From: Chrysomallon squamiferum
Taxonomy: Eukaryota > Animalia > Mollusca
Length of the DNA: 64,000 nucleotides
Assembly: GCA_012295275.1 (NCBI GenBank)
Contig: CM022678.1
Coordinates: forward strand, 3,658,001-3,722,000
Direction of reading: 5' to 3'
Part shown: piece by piece, positions 25,216-39,394 of the stretch
How positions within the stretch are numbered: position 1 is the stretch's first letter
Layout: the number at the start of each line of letters is the position of its first letter
Translations under genes and position numbers: made by a program
Notes under the pieces: generated by a model
Seen by the model: the letters and a program-made list of their open reading frames with translations, nothing else
What the model was told of the DNA's origin: nothing
Databases searched by the model: none

Positions 25216-28188
25216 TTTATTGTTGTTGTATGTGTTGTTGTAGTAGTAGTTGTTGTTGTTATTATTATTATTATTATCACTGCCAACATACGTTGGAAAA
25301 ATCATCCGGAATTATATAAATTAGTCATTTGTGTCACGTTACATTATAATAATCTTTGTTATAACGAAAGCGATACTTGATAATTTACTAACGCAGATAT
25401 TCACTAAATGTTTTATTAAGAATTTTAGTTTTCACCTTGTTCAGATATAATCTGGTTTTACAAATTTATATACATCGACTGTTGATTGTGGAATTTGTGA
25501 AATCAGCTAATGTTTCCAGTGAGAACAGAGGTAGCCATGCTCTCTCAATAACTTGTGTACATACAAAACTATCATGTGACTGAAACAGGTCTTGTATTAC
25601 AAATATACTAGTAAGCAGTGCTGGTCTATTTTTGTAAAAGTACATGACTGTTTATTGTATTACATTTGATTCATATAATATTATTTTGTAAGCTACCTGG
25701 ATCCATTATATTGATAATAAATAAATTAATTAATAAAACTGGATTTTAATCATCAGTTTTATGTCTGTTAAAGAATTTTTAATTCTTTGAAAAAAGGGAA
25801 TTATAATGGATTAATTTTTAATTTTAGTAAGTATTTTTTTTTTCTCGGTACTTAATTTTTTTGTTTTAATATTTTGGGCAAATATGTTTCATAATAATAA
25901 AAGGAATATGTATTAATTTAAGAAGCAAGATAAATCATTATGTAAGTTTTGTATTGTTCTATTGACAGGACAGAAGAGTTGTATGGTCAGTGACAGAAAA
26001 TTGGTTTAACATACAGCAGCTAATGCCTAAAGATGGGTTCAAATAAACTGAAGGTAAGTAAATATTTAAAAAAAAAAAAAAAAAATTGCTTACTTTAACA
26101 CGCAAACAGAAACTGAAACACACATGTAAATATACATTTCAAATTCAAGTTCAATTAAAATTTAGTATTATAAGTGTAAAATGTACAAAATACGATTGAT
26201 AAAACTTAAGTTGTCAAACCTAGTATCAGGCTATGTCCAGGTTTTATTAAAAATACCTATTCATTGTTTTTGTGGTTTATTACTTGTAATCATCTTTATA
26301 AATTTTTAACATTTACATAACATATTTTACACTGACATCATATCTGTCCCTGATACTAGTTACCTAATGTTTTCTTTGTTATTATTTCTTTATTTATTTC
26401 AAAATTGAAGTAATAGGTCATTATTGAACATTATTAAAAAATGTTTGTTATGTTTTGTTATTTTTCCAACATAGTAAAATGACTGTATCACTTGTCATTC
26501 GTTTAAAAAAGAAAATGAATTGATATGTTTTCAGCCACTGAATATTTATGACTTCAGTTTTTTTTCAAATATTTAATCAGTTTTAAGCAAGCAGTATCAA
26601 ATAAGTAAACTCAGTTAGGTAACACGAACTTTCATCCAAACATTTTGAAGCATAAATAGAGTACTTTTTTTTTACACACTTCGACTGGCAAATAGAGATG
26701 TGTGTTTATGAATCTATATCTTCAATCTGTGATAAATTATTATATTTACTGTAGACTAATTTTCACTCACTAAATTATTAAACTATTTATAAATATAATA
26801 GAATAATGACTACTAGTATTATTTTGAAAATACATTTACGTTTAATGTTTAAGTGAAAGAATATATTTTCAAACACAATCATATGTTATTATAATTACTG
26901 TAGAATTATGTTTAACTGCATGAAATAACTTTAAATATTTTTTTTTCTTTTTCTGATACATGTGTATAGAGTGTGGAGAAATCATCTTTAAAAATAAAAT
27001 GTAAATGAAGAAAGTCTTTGTATAAGTATGATAATGCTTGAATGCTATACTATTTATAGATGTCACTACTGTGTTGGTGGATTTTCAACATGTCAGTTTC
27101 AAACACAAGACGCACGGAGGAAATGTGTCTGTACATTAACATGAAATCATGAAGTGATCAAGATTTGGAATGGAAAATAATGCAGATTATTAACAGCTGA
27201 AAACTTCAAATTCTCAAAGTATGTGTACACAAGTAGACATAATAGAGAACAAAAAATATTCATTTAAAAATATAACGGACTTGTCACCCTGATTTGAAGT
27301 ATTACACGTTCTTACATATTTAATAATAAATTAAAAATATAAGAACTTCTAATGATAATAAATAAGTAAACATATTACCTACTTTAAGAATTAACCTGAA
27401 TACAAATAAATATGACAAATTTGCTAAAAAACCTGAGGAAAAGGCAGGAGAGTGTGACAATATGATATAGACATAGAAAAGTGTTAAGCACCCTTGTATT
27501 ATATAGAACATTTCTTGTAATCACAATATTGTCACAAAATTTCCAGTACTATTTAACACTAAAATAGTTTAAGATGGTCGTTTCAAAGAGAAAATATTAA
27601 TTTGAATATGTAGATGACATCTTAGATAAAGTGTTCACTGGCAAGTAAGTATTCAACTGAATTCAATATCCAAGTTAAATGTTGGATTTGCCATCTTTGT
27701 CTTTCTGATGCCCACCATTGTGTCATGTTGATATTGAATGATTTAGCTGTGGTAGACAGTGAAGTCAAAACTCTCTATGTAATATGTGAGTACACTGCAG
27801 TTTCAGAAAAAAAGGAGACGTGATACACTGACCTGTCACAGTGAAATCAGTTGAGACTATCCTTCAGAAACATGGAACATCATTGTGTTGTTAATAATCA
27901 TAAAATTGTAATTACTTGTCACATGTTGTCACTCATTATCTCAGTGCTAACATTTTCTCCAGGAGTATATTTGTGACATTTTCATTCGAATTGTTTATAT
28001 CACATAATTTTCTACTGTAAGAGTATAATTAAAACTATTCAGATATTATTTATACATTTATATTATTTATATAACATAATCTAGTTATAGGCTTTATTTG
28101 ATTAGCTTTACGAAAATATTCCTCGAATATATTTATAGAAGAAAAGTTGAGAATACAGTTTATAAGTCTCAGACTAATATTAATACAA

Positions 28189-28472
28189 GGGACTTGATGT
28201 AGGTCTCTGGTAGAGTGTGCAAAGTGTAGTAGGTTTTCTGGATCAGTTCCTCCTGGTGGAATCTTGAGCTGTTTCATTTCGTCAGTGGTCAACAACTGAT
28301 GTATGATATAGCATGTACTGTCTGTGTGAAGGTGTAAATGAAATATCACTGGTTGTTCTCGAGAAAGAGCACACCGTGAAGTAGTGGCAGTGTGTTTCTT
28401 TTTTTGTTTCTGTTATCAGACTTGTCCTTAATCCGATGTCTGACCCATAAAACTGAATACAATGCATTGAAT
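28189..28472 (+). mobile_element. Probable degenerate tRNA-derived SINE
   Basis: ~280 bp GC-richer island. Its head has A-box-like (gtaggtctctggtagagtg) and B-box-like (ggatcagttcc) motifs, and the body resembles gastropod SINEs as recalled, not searched. Confidence 0.5.
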
Positions 28473-28537
28473 AATGTATTTATTTTCTTTCTTCTATCAT
28501 AAAAATCATCATATTATTTTTTTGCAGCTCAGCCAAT

Positions 28538-31517
28538 ATGGATGACAAAAATGAGAATTCACAAATTTCATCTAATGCCACAGATGTTTCTTCCTCAGAA
28601 AGTAAGACAAAATTATTTAAATATTTCATTTATTGTATTCTTCTTCTTCTTCTTCTTCTTTTTCTTCTTCTTCTTTTTACGCTTTGTAAAGGGACACGTT
28701 TTTTTAATATTCCTAATAAATTAACAATTCAATGATGTGGGTCTTGTTTTTGTTCGGAAATACATAGTTGTTATCATCTGATTTCAAATCCATATAATTT
28801 TATTGTTATATTTCGTAATACTGTTAAAACAGATGGCATTAATAGTGTACACTGTCATATCTCTACATGCAGATACAAATGTTTTTAGAAATTATATTTA
28901 TAAATTGTGAATTTAAATTATTTATTTCATTCTGTTGACAAAGATACTGGAAGAACACAACCAGTGGTAGAAAGTAATGTAAATATCAGGACAGTTCAGA
29001 ATTACCACACTGTGACTAATAGCAGGAATGTTGTATTTGGAAATCAAGTTATTAACACCAGTAAGTTAAAAAACTGAAATTTGTCTTTTTTCTACCTGTT
29101 TAATGAATAAGAGAATACACATTACAGTAGTCATTATTACTTTTCTATTACTGTGACCCGAACAACATAGAAACATTCTGATAAATGTATGTTAAAATGA
29201 ATAAGATTTTCTTCTTAAACTATTAAAATAACTCAACACAAATTAAACAACACTATATTCCTGTCATTATTATAACATGTAAATACTCAAATACAGTGCA
29301 AGGTACATGTAGCAAGGTACATGAAGCAACAACAGTAGCAACAACAACAAGGACAATAATACTAACAATAACTATAAACCAAAAAAAAAAAAAAAAAAAA
29401 CGTTAGTCATAAGAAAAACAGCAGTAGTTTTGATAATAGTAGGAGCAATTATATAAAATAAATAACAAAGATATAATAATAATAATATATGTTTACTGTT
29501 TCATGATTAAAGTGGAGAGTAATTGAACAAATCACTTTAATCATTCTCTTTTATTCAGCATCAGTAATACACACTTACTTGTTTTACTGTTTTGTTATTT
29601 CAGCAAAGATTGACGGACGAGCATCCACTATCAAAGGTATTTTATTATTTGAATAGTTTCCAAAGATAATCATAAATAACAGGATAATCATCTCTACTTT
29701 TACACCATCTAAAATCGTGACATCTTATTATCATCATTACATTGTCATGAACCAAAAATTATAACAACACTCTAAAATTATATTATTTATATTGAAATGG
29801 TAAAATATGTTCTAAATAATCAATAATAGATGTTAATATTTTAATGTTATGATACAGAGTGTACCAGGTCAATGTTAAACTCAGTTGACTGGAGATCTAT
29901 ATTGAAACAAGAGCAGAGAAAAGAGGTGTTGCACTTTTGAAGCAGCATGGTGTTGTGATTGTAGTAGGAAGTCCAGGTTCAGGAAAGACAACTCTAGCTT
30001 CGAGGATGATGAGACATATAGAAAATGAAGAAAAAAAAGAATCATACTTGCTGACTTATCACTATGAATTCAATGACATCTCTCTATCTGGAAACAAGAA
30101 ATGTGTTGTTCTCATTGATGATATATTTGGTAAGACTAATCTTGTTTCAGATTTTATAGACTCATGGAAACTGAAATTTCCAAACATTTGGAATTTTGTT
30201 CAGGATGGTTCTCTGAAATGTATTATTACTTTAAGAAAACAAATATTTTCAGAAAGCGAAATTAGTTTGAACGAATTTGATCTGTTTAATGAGAAACATG
30301 TTCTTGATCTGCAGAGTGATGACTGCTGTCTGACTGACGATGAAAAGGAAAACATTCTAAACAAATATCTAAAACAAAAGGATGTTAAAATGGATGAAAT
30401 GGATAAATTGACTGCCATTGAAAGTTCATGTATAGAGTTAGGGTTTCCTCAGGTCTGCGTGTTTTATGTTAATTCAAGAAATGCACAAAAAAGAGGAGTT
30501 GAGTTTTTTGCGAAACCTGTAGAATATCTCAGACAACAGCTGAAAAATTTGAAAACTGACAAATCTTCACAGATCAATTACCTGGTTCTACTGATCATCT
30601 TGTTCCGACAAGGCAGTCTCAGCATTGATTCACTGGACCCATTTGAAAATGACACTGACAGTGACATAATGAAATTAATAAAATTGCTAGAGCGAGTCTG
30701 TAGAGGTCTGAAAAGCACTGATCTTACAGATATAAAGGAAACAGCTGATGTAATGTGTGGTACGTATTTGAAGTGTTGTGACAATAAATACACATTTATT
30801 CATCAGTCAGTGTTTGACTCTTTGTTTCTGTTGTTTTCATCAAAGTTTCCAAAGAAAGCAGCAGAATTGCTAGAAGTGTGTCCTGTCTCCATGTTGTTAG
30901 AATATGTTGTGACACCTGGAGTGTCTAACAAAAGTCACATTACAATGACTGTGACACCTGACTGCTTTGATTTTCTTGCTCGCAGATTTTCTGACTTGCT
31001 TGCATCAGAAAATTTTACAGAAATTGTTTCACATCCATCACTGAAAGATGAAGAGTTTCTAAAATACCTAATACAGGAAAAGGATTTTTATGGTAGGTTG
31101 TCTGAAATACTGTATCAAAGACTATATGGAGATCAATGTAAATATTTTTATATATCATTTGTACATGTAGACACTGTTAATGAAATATTTAGCAATGTTT
31201 CATGTCTTCCTGACAGTGATTTACAGTTTAATTATAGAGGTATGTGGCATTTGAAAGTTGAAGAATGTTATATAAATTCATCAACTGTTGCAAGTGAATG
31301 TATTGTGAACGGACTAAAATCATTGTCAAGACTATTCACATCAAATCTATGCAAAATGAAATTAACATATCTGAAAAAAGAACTTTTGGATATTTCTTGT
31401 TTGTTTGGTGATGAGGATGTTGTGAGAATGTTGCTAAAATCAGGTGTTATTCCAACATTTGATACATTCAGTGCCGCTGCTTGTTCAAAAACAGACAGTG
31501 CTACCATACTCAAAGAA
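28538..31517 (+). CDS. STAND-class (nSTAND3-like) P-loop NTPase with N-terminal RHIM-like motif and start of ankyrin-like repeats; 3' end lost in gap; apparent 1-nt frameshift
   Basis: Predicted exons 28538-28601, 28944-29060, 29604-29636 and 29858-31517+, all GT-AG and phase 1. Walker A GSPGSGKT, Walker B VVLIDDIFG, IITLR sensor, GFP (GxP), YTFIHQSV winged-helix motif, then ankyrin-like LLDISCLFGDEDVVRMLLKSG. Frame breaks near 29889. Confidence 0.8.
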
Positions 31518-31717
31518 NNNNNNNNNNNNNNNNNNNNNNNNNNNNNNNNNNNNNNNNNNNNNNNNNNNNNNNNNNNNNNNNNNNNNNNNNNNNNNNNNNN
31601 NNNNNNNNNNNNNNNNNNNNNNNNNNNNNNNNNNNNNNNNNNNNNNNNNNNNNNNNNNNNNNNNNNNNNNNNNNNNNNNNNNNNNNNNNNNNNNNNNNNN
31701 NNNNNNNNNNNNNNNNN
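31518..31717. other. Assembly gap (200 N)
   Basis: Run of exactly 200 N, probably a placeholder size. Confidence 0.99.
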
Positions 31718-32613
31718 AATAATAATAATAGTAATAATAATAATGAAAATAATAATAGTAATAATATACACATACTCTACATCTGATACTTTCTACACCT
31801 AGAATAACACTTTAATTACCAACACAGTCACAAAAGAAATTACATTAAATACTCAGACGCACATTAAAACGGTCACAACAGATGTTAAAGCTATCACAGG
31901 CGCAGCCAAAGCAACCTGAAGAATATTTTCATTAGCCTTGATGAAGAAATTAACAAACTTTCTGTGTGTGTGTGTGTGTGTTGTAAAGACAGTAAGCAGT
32001 TATTGCTTTCATGAAGGGGAAATAACTCTACCCAACCACCAACCTGAGATTTGCTTTGACGATTAGACTTTTATCTGTGTTGTACACTGTACAGTTGTAA
32101 TATTTAAGTAAATTTTGAGAATGTTAACTAACAGTCATGTTCTTCTTATTTTTATTACATGGGAGTGTGTATATATGTGTGTCTGTGTGTGTGTGTGATT
32201 ATGTTCTTGTGTGTATGAGTGTGTGTGTGTGTATGTGTGTGTTTGTGTGTGTGTGTGTGTTTGTGGAATTTACCTGTATTAAACTAGTTGTATGTCACTC
32301 ACCACACAGTTCTGTCCTGTGAAAAGAAGAATTAAAAACAGAGATCTCTTCAAATTTTTATTTATTTATTACTAAAATCTTGTTCATTTTCCATTTAGAA
32401 AAATGAAATGAAGTAAATAAATAAAATGTTATACAAACAAAAGCCTTTTTGAAAATACACCGCACTGTCAACGACTGAAAGATTGATAATTAGAAAGGAG
32501 AGGATGGAATGTCAGAAAGTATTTCCATGCAAGAAATGTCATTACATTTAATATCATAGAGGAAATAATTTTAATTTTAATCTTACAGAGAATTTTAGTT
32601 AATAAACTGGACT

Positions 32614-32660
<47 letters not shown>

Positions 32661-33094
32661 TTATTTTTTTATTATTTTTTTGAAAAAACAGTTTTCTAGT
32701 TGGTTATAAAATCGAAATTATGAGAACCCCCCCCCCAAAAAAAAAAAAAAAATAAAATCAATATAACTGGATTGCTAGAACATCAAAATACCTATTCTGA
32801 AAGACCTTGCGGTCACGTGTACTGTTTTAGGACAGTGTCGTGCAATTTGACCAACACAGAAACGGCTAGATACAAATATGTGAAACTAAATTCATCAGAG
32901 CAGTTTTAAAACTACAACGACAGTTAGATTATTGATACGGTTTTGACTGCAGTTTCTAGCTATAGGACTTGGTTGCTGTAAACACTAATAAATTATATAG
33001 AATAATTTATCTCTTTTTTTTCAGTATGTTGTTGTAAAAAAATCACTCACATCTTCTCCTAGCTGATGTGGACCAAACTTTTAGTATGTGTGTA

Positions 33095-33195
<101 letters not shown>

Positions 33196-33274
33196 AAACA
33201 ACAACAAAACAAAAAATAAAATCAAAAACAAAAACAACGATAACAAAATAAATCAACCCCACAAAAAAAAAATT

Positions 33275-33700
33275 AAACCCGACCGTCTCAGATTTTTATG
33301 AAATATTAGGCCAATCGGACAAATGCTGTGGGAGATATGGCTCCCCGAATTTTGAGATTTTTGTCAAAAATGGGCGTGACCACCAACTTTTGAGCCCTCA
33401 TATCTCAGGAACTACTGGGCCAATCTTCATAAAATTGGTATTGTTGAAAAGGCAATATGACAAGGATTCCAAATCTACCATTACTGTGGGGTACATTGAC
33501 CTTTTGACCTTTGCTATGACCTTGAATTTGACCGTGTGGATCACGTGACCTTGAGATTACCTTTATTGAAATTTAATCTCCCACATGTTAACTAAAACAT
33601 ATAAAAGTTTCCTGGGTGTAATATTTTTTGTTTAGCCATAATATAGATTTAAAAAATGCACGTCCATGAAAATAACACCTTTTCTGCCATTAACATCTGA
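33275..33700. mobile_element. Probable non-autonomous interspersed repeat (tgacct-rich)
   Basis: GC-richer island with repeated tgacc(t) motifs typical of invertebrate non-autonomous elements. Family not identified. Confidence 0.35.
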
Positions 33701-34111
33701 TTAACTAAAACCTGAATGATCAATTCTGGATGCTAGGAATCGCCATCTCTCTTGATCACCAACTAAGACATTGTAGGCCTACATGTATGATCATATGATA
33801 TCAGACTACTTACCTCATTGCCTTCTCACCAGTTCAGCAGTCACAGAATCATTCAGTAACCCACTTCCCCCATAATCTTGCAATTCTAGCATCATCCTTT
33901 TTACTCAGAGAGTACATCCGTCGAGAAGATGCAACAGAAGGTGTATCAATGACACAGAATATGTCCCTTTCACTAATCCAGCAAGTGTCTTCTTTGTTTG
34001 GCCCCAAAAGAAGAAGTTATATGTAGTCTTTATTCCCGTCACCAAAGCATGAATCTAATAAAACATCCTCGTGAACGTACATGTATACATCATGTTTACA
34101 TTCTGCTGTAT

Positions 34112-34345
34112 CTAAGAAAATATCAGAGCAGGAATCTGACGCGTAGAATTTAAATTCTTTGTCAAAAGTACGCAGGTCTGAATCGAGGAAATCAAACACA
34201 AAGTCATCAACAACAACATGCGGTATGTCTTCATTACCAAAGAATGTACGTTCACCTCTCATCCTGTAACAAATAGTGATCATTTTATTTGCTTCAATGG
34301 CGACGTGTTCTTTAAAATAAACAGAAAACATTTTGCTTTTGTCTT
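34112..34345 (-). pseudogene. 3' (PHR) fragment of a BTB-BACK-PHR paralog
   Basis: MFSVYFKEHVAIEANKMITICYRMRGERTF matches 514-745, with a +1 frameshift near 34145. Fused at ~34349 to the shared upstream block. Confidence 0.9.
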
Positions 34346-34464
34346 TTCCCTAAAAATTTAAAATGTAAAAAAAAAAAATAAAAGATAGAATGTTTTATTA
34401 AAAATAAAAATAAAATAAAATAAATAATAACAATAACAGCAATAACAACACCACCAACAACAGC

Positions 34465-34526
<62 letters not shown>

Positions 34527-36675
34527 TAATAATAATAATAATAATAATACAAATTAACCTGCTTTGTTTTATATAATTATACTCATTCTACATATTTACA
34601 TTTGCCAAATCAACCCTCCTTCCCAACCTCAGCCCCACATATCTTATCTTGACCCCCAGTTCCTAAAACAAAGTTCTATGACTGTCAAGACACACTAGAA
34701 TAGTCAGCTGGAATTACACACAGTGCGTTTAAAGTTTAAATTTAAACTAATCTTTCGTTGCACAAGTCACACATCAAGAATCTTTGTTACTAGGAAATAG
34801 AAACTTCATAACTAATTAACACAACTGATAAAAAAAAAGTCAGTTTAATCCTCCATCTTGTAAATTAATATTATTATTGCATAGAATTATAAATTAATTA
34901 GATAATAGAAAATTTATTTTCTCAAAGTTTGATTTCTAATTTTAAAATAGTGTTGTAACTTACCTGACTAGTTATCGTGGCGTTTCCAATGGTGTGATTT
35001 GTATCTATTTATAGATCACCTCGGTGTACATGTAAATTGTTATCTATGAAGAAACATCCCACTAATCAGTTGAATTCATTACATTGATAATACAAATATT
35101 ATTTACCATGACTTAGTGTCAGACATAACATATATTTATTTTAATATCATCATTTATTAATGTTTCTCTTTCCTGCACCTCTCAAAATCTTTTTCGAATA
35201 TTTTTATACATGTGATCTTAATAAGGTTGACACCGGTTTATTAGTTATATGGTTGTTCAAGGAAAGAACACCTGCACTTCCTTGTCGATATCAACTTGTT
35301 TTTTCTTCAAAAAATTCATTCCTTACGGTAAGTCAGTAATTTATAAATTAATTCGATAACAGAAAATTTATTTTCTCAATGTTTGATTAATAATTTTAAT
35401 ATAGTGTTGTAATTTACCTGACTAGTTATCGTGGAGTTTCCAATCCTGTGACTTGTATCTATTTATAGATCACCTCGGTGTATACGTAAATTGTTATTTA
35501 TGAAGAAATATCCCACTAATCAGATGAATTCATTAGACTAATAATAACAAAATTATTTACCATGATTTGTATCAGACATCAGATATATTTAATTTATTAT
35601 CATCATTTATTAATTTGTCTCTTTTCTCGACCTTACAAAATATTTTTCTCATATTTTATACATTTGATCTTAACAAGGTTGACACCGGTTTATTAGTTAT
35701 ATTGTTGGGACAGGAAAGAACGCCAACACTTCCTTGTCGATATCAACTTGTTTTTCCTTGAAAAAATTCATTTCTTACAGTAAGTCAGTAATTTTCTGAT
35801 GTTTAAGGTGTTTATACTTTCGATTAGAAACAAATACGACATCAGAAAATATATTTACTGTGAAATCAGAGTTAAAGTTAAACGTTCTACATCTTAGTTT
35901 CACTTTCGAAAATATCTCTTAGTAAGGATTAATAATAATAATTATAATAATGATGACACGACTACTACTACTACTACAACAACCACTACTACTACTACTA
36001 CTAGTAGTAGTAATAATGACAATGATAATGATAATAATAATAACAAGAACAATAACAAGAACAACTACAACACCAGGAGTAATAATTAATTAGTTTTTAT
36101 AAAGTTACTAGGAATTAAAATTAACATTTTAACTATATATATTTTTTCTCTAATTATACTAACGTATTTTATTCGGTTTTCATAATTGAATAATGATAAC
36201 CATTGTATGTAGGCACATAACAGACTTGCAGTTTACCAAATTAGAAAATAATTCTTATGGAAGGACATACACAGTCTACGATCACTCTTTCCAAACCTCT
36301 GCCCCACTGAACTTTTTACTGTACAGAATTTTAAATTAAATTTATAAATAAATAAAAAAATAATAATTGGTTTTCGCAGTGTTTGGTTAAATGTTTTAAA
36401 AAACATTGTACAGATTATAATTTAATTATCGCGGAGTTTCTGATGACGTGATTTTTATCTCTTTATAGGTCAACCGGTGTATACGTAAACACTTGTCCAT
36501 GAAGAAAGATCTTTCAATTATTTGATAAAATGATAAATAAAAATATTATTTACCATAACCTATCCCTTTTATACTTTGAAATAAAAACAAAAACGGCTTC
36601 ACAAGACATATTTACTACAGAAACAGAGTTAATAATAAATGTTCACTTTCTAAAATATCTTTTAATAAGGATTAT

Positions 36676-36754
<79 letters not shown>

Positions 36755-37409
36755 GCTGCTGCTTTTATTATTTATTTTTTTTTTTTTTTATTTCTGTTAT
36801 TCACCACCATCGTGATTTTGATAATAAGTATTATATCTCACTAAATATGGATAAAAAAAAACAACAGCAAAGAAACATCAACAGCAAAAAAGAGAAGAAA
36901 ACAAATGAAAAACTAAACTATAATAAAATAAACCAGCCATATTGTAACATCGTGAACCAGTTCCACGTTTTATTCATCCATTCATATCACGTGACAAGTG
37001 TATTTAGGAAGCCCGTGTGAAAAATATGATTTACTACTACTACTACTACTACTACTCCTAATACTAAGACAAATCTATCTAATTGAGGTTTTCAGTGTAA
37101 GAAACTGATTTCTTTTTTCCTGTTTTCCTTTACATATTTGGTATTATATTCCTTTAAATCCAGCAATTTAGAATTAACTAAATATTTTCTTACACATCAC
37201 TATTACGGGCAGCAAAACGATATAAACATTTTTTTTTTTTTTTTTTTTTTACAAAAGGAATGATATATTGTATATCGGTATTAAATTACTATAATTATAT
37301 CACTTTAATAGTTGTTTCCTTTCAGTTTCAGTAATTAAACAGCAACAATAGTAACAGTACAACCTCACGAAAACTGAAAGAATTAAGAAAAAGATCAGAA
37401 AATCGATTA

Positions 37410-38744
37410 ATGATGGATCGAAACGAAGACTGGCAGACGAGAAAAACACTGGCGCAGACCAACTTGTACATGCTAGAGAACGAGATTGCGTGTGACGTCA
37501 CCTTCAGAGTTGGGTCATCAAGGGAGGTTATTCGAGCTCACAAGTTCATAATGATCAGTCGTAGTCACGTGTTGGCTACAATGTTCACTGGTGTGATGGC
37601 TGAACAAGGAGAGGTAGATATCCCGGATGTTGACGCCAAAGTTTTCAAATTATTTCTCAGGTAAAAGTTCAACATATTTGAATGTGTTTATTTATTTACT
37701 TATTTACTAGTACATAGGACTTTTTCTATTATTAGGATATAGTACAGTCTTTTATTAGTACATTTTTATATATGTATTTGTGTGTGAGTGTGCTTGTATG
37801 CATTCCGACATATATGTATTTAAGAATTAAACCACACACTGGCAGAGGAAATTCTTTTATTATTTTCGAAATCTTCTTATCATTTTTAATTTGTATGTCT
37901 ATTGACTAAAGTTTATTAATGTTTATTACAGGGTGCTTTGGTCTTGTGTATTTATGTCGTTTCTGCTGCTAGTTCTGTTACTATTGCTACTATTTACTGT
38001 TGTAGATTTTTGTACACGAACAACATGGAAATAGAACCTGACAGTGTTATGCATTTGTTGTATCTGGCCAAGAAATACAGCACCGGAACACTTGAAGATA
38101 TCTGTCGTAAATACTTAGAAACATCCCTGACTGCAGAAAATGCCTGCACGATACTGGAACAGGCCAAGTTTTTCAGCGAAAAGGAACTGGAAAATAGAGC
38201 GATGGACTGCATCATGAAGAAAGGTAAGAAAGCCGTGAAAGGTTCAGATTTTTTGAATTTGTCGCAGTCGTCACTTCTGGAAGTTGTGAAAAGTGATGAT
38301 TTTCAAGTTGAAGAGGAGGACGTGTTCAACGCCGTGTTTGAATGGGCGAAGAATCGGTGTCAGAAGGACAACGTGGATGTGAATACCGAGTCTTTAAGAA
38401 AAGTACTTGGAGACGTCGTCCAGCAAATTCGTTTTCCATTGATGGACAGAGAATGTTTTGTTAAAACTGTTGGACCGAGTCGTATGCTCACTGACAAAGA
38501 ACGCCTGATGATTTCTGACCAGATGACTTGTAAAGATCTTCCCGTCGAACCATTCAGTGATAAGAAAAGACAATTATTCGTGTGCGCCAATTGCGGTTTT
38601 GATAATAATACTGAGTTCAGGATATGTAACCGTTGTTATTGTTGTAAATTATGCCGCGTGCAAGCGAAACACCATAAACAGGAAAAATACGATGAACAGC
38701 CTGTTTATACACTATACTGTCCAAAGTGTGGACAAACAAAATAA
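37410..38744 (+). CDS. BTB-BACK protein with C-terminal Cys zinc fingers, copy A
   Basis: Exons 37410-37660 and 38006-38744 (phase 2, FLR|FLYT). The intron position is the same as in the BTB-PHR gene. The C-terminus has four CxxC pairs. Confidence 0.9.
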
Positions 38745-39394
38745 AAAGAATGAGAGTGAAAAGGTTAAAGAGAATTTAAATATCTAGACACATGTATATA
38801 TATATACACACACATACACACACACACATATACTTGCACACACACATCCCATATACGTGTATGAAATCGGTGTTGGTGTTTACATACATACATATATGGA
38901 TACATTCATACATACTCACATAAATGTATACCTTAGAGCCTGTATTTATTAAATTCTCGTCAGTTTGTCTCTTCCTTTGCTGATTTAAGAAACACTCACA
39001 ACTAATCTGATTAGCTAGCGTAGCAAAAGTTTTATCCACCTGTTTATTATATAAAGACATAGAATCACTTGTTATAAATCACTAACGCATTTATTTGTAT
39101 ACTTAGGTCGTAAGAGGGCTGAAACTGGTCACTGATTGTATGTTTTCATGTCTGTCGTAGAGAACAAATAAAAACTGTTGTTTATTCGTAGGAGTAGCCC
39201 TTTCATACAATTAACAAAATGAAATAATTATGACAACCATGTTCAAGCTGTTAACTAGCATTAAAGTCTTTAAACAAGAAATGAGCTATAGAAACCACCA
39301 ATGAATTGAACTGTCAGCTGGTTTCCAATAATTCATATAAAATATACTAATTAAATATGATTCACAAACAGGTTTTAAAGCATGCGTCTGTCAG

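Noticed and set aside
28189-28262. Functional tRNA gene
   Set aside because: The boxes are degenerate and no clean cloverleaf is visible. It is better explained as a SINE head.
29937-31802. 621-aa single-exon ORF as a prokaryotic Avs/STAND defence gene
   Set aside because: The TTG start and the end beyond the N gap are artefacts. Spliceosomal introns and microsatellites indicate an animal gene.
33830-34016. Possible transposon-protein remnant (GPNKEDTCWISERDILCVI, minus strand)
   Set aside because: Too short to assign without a search.
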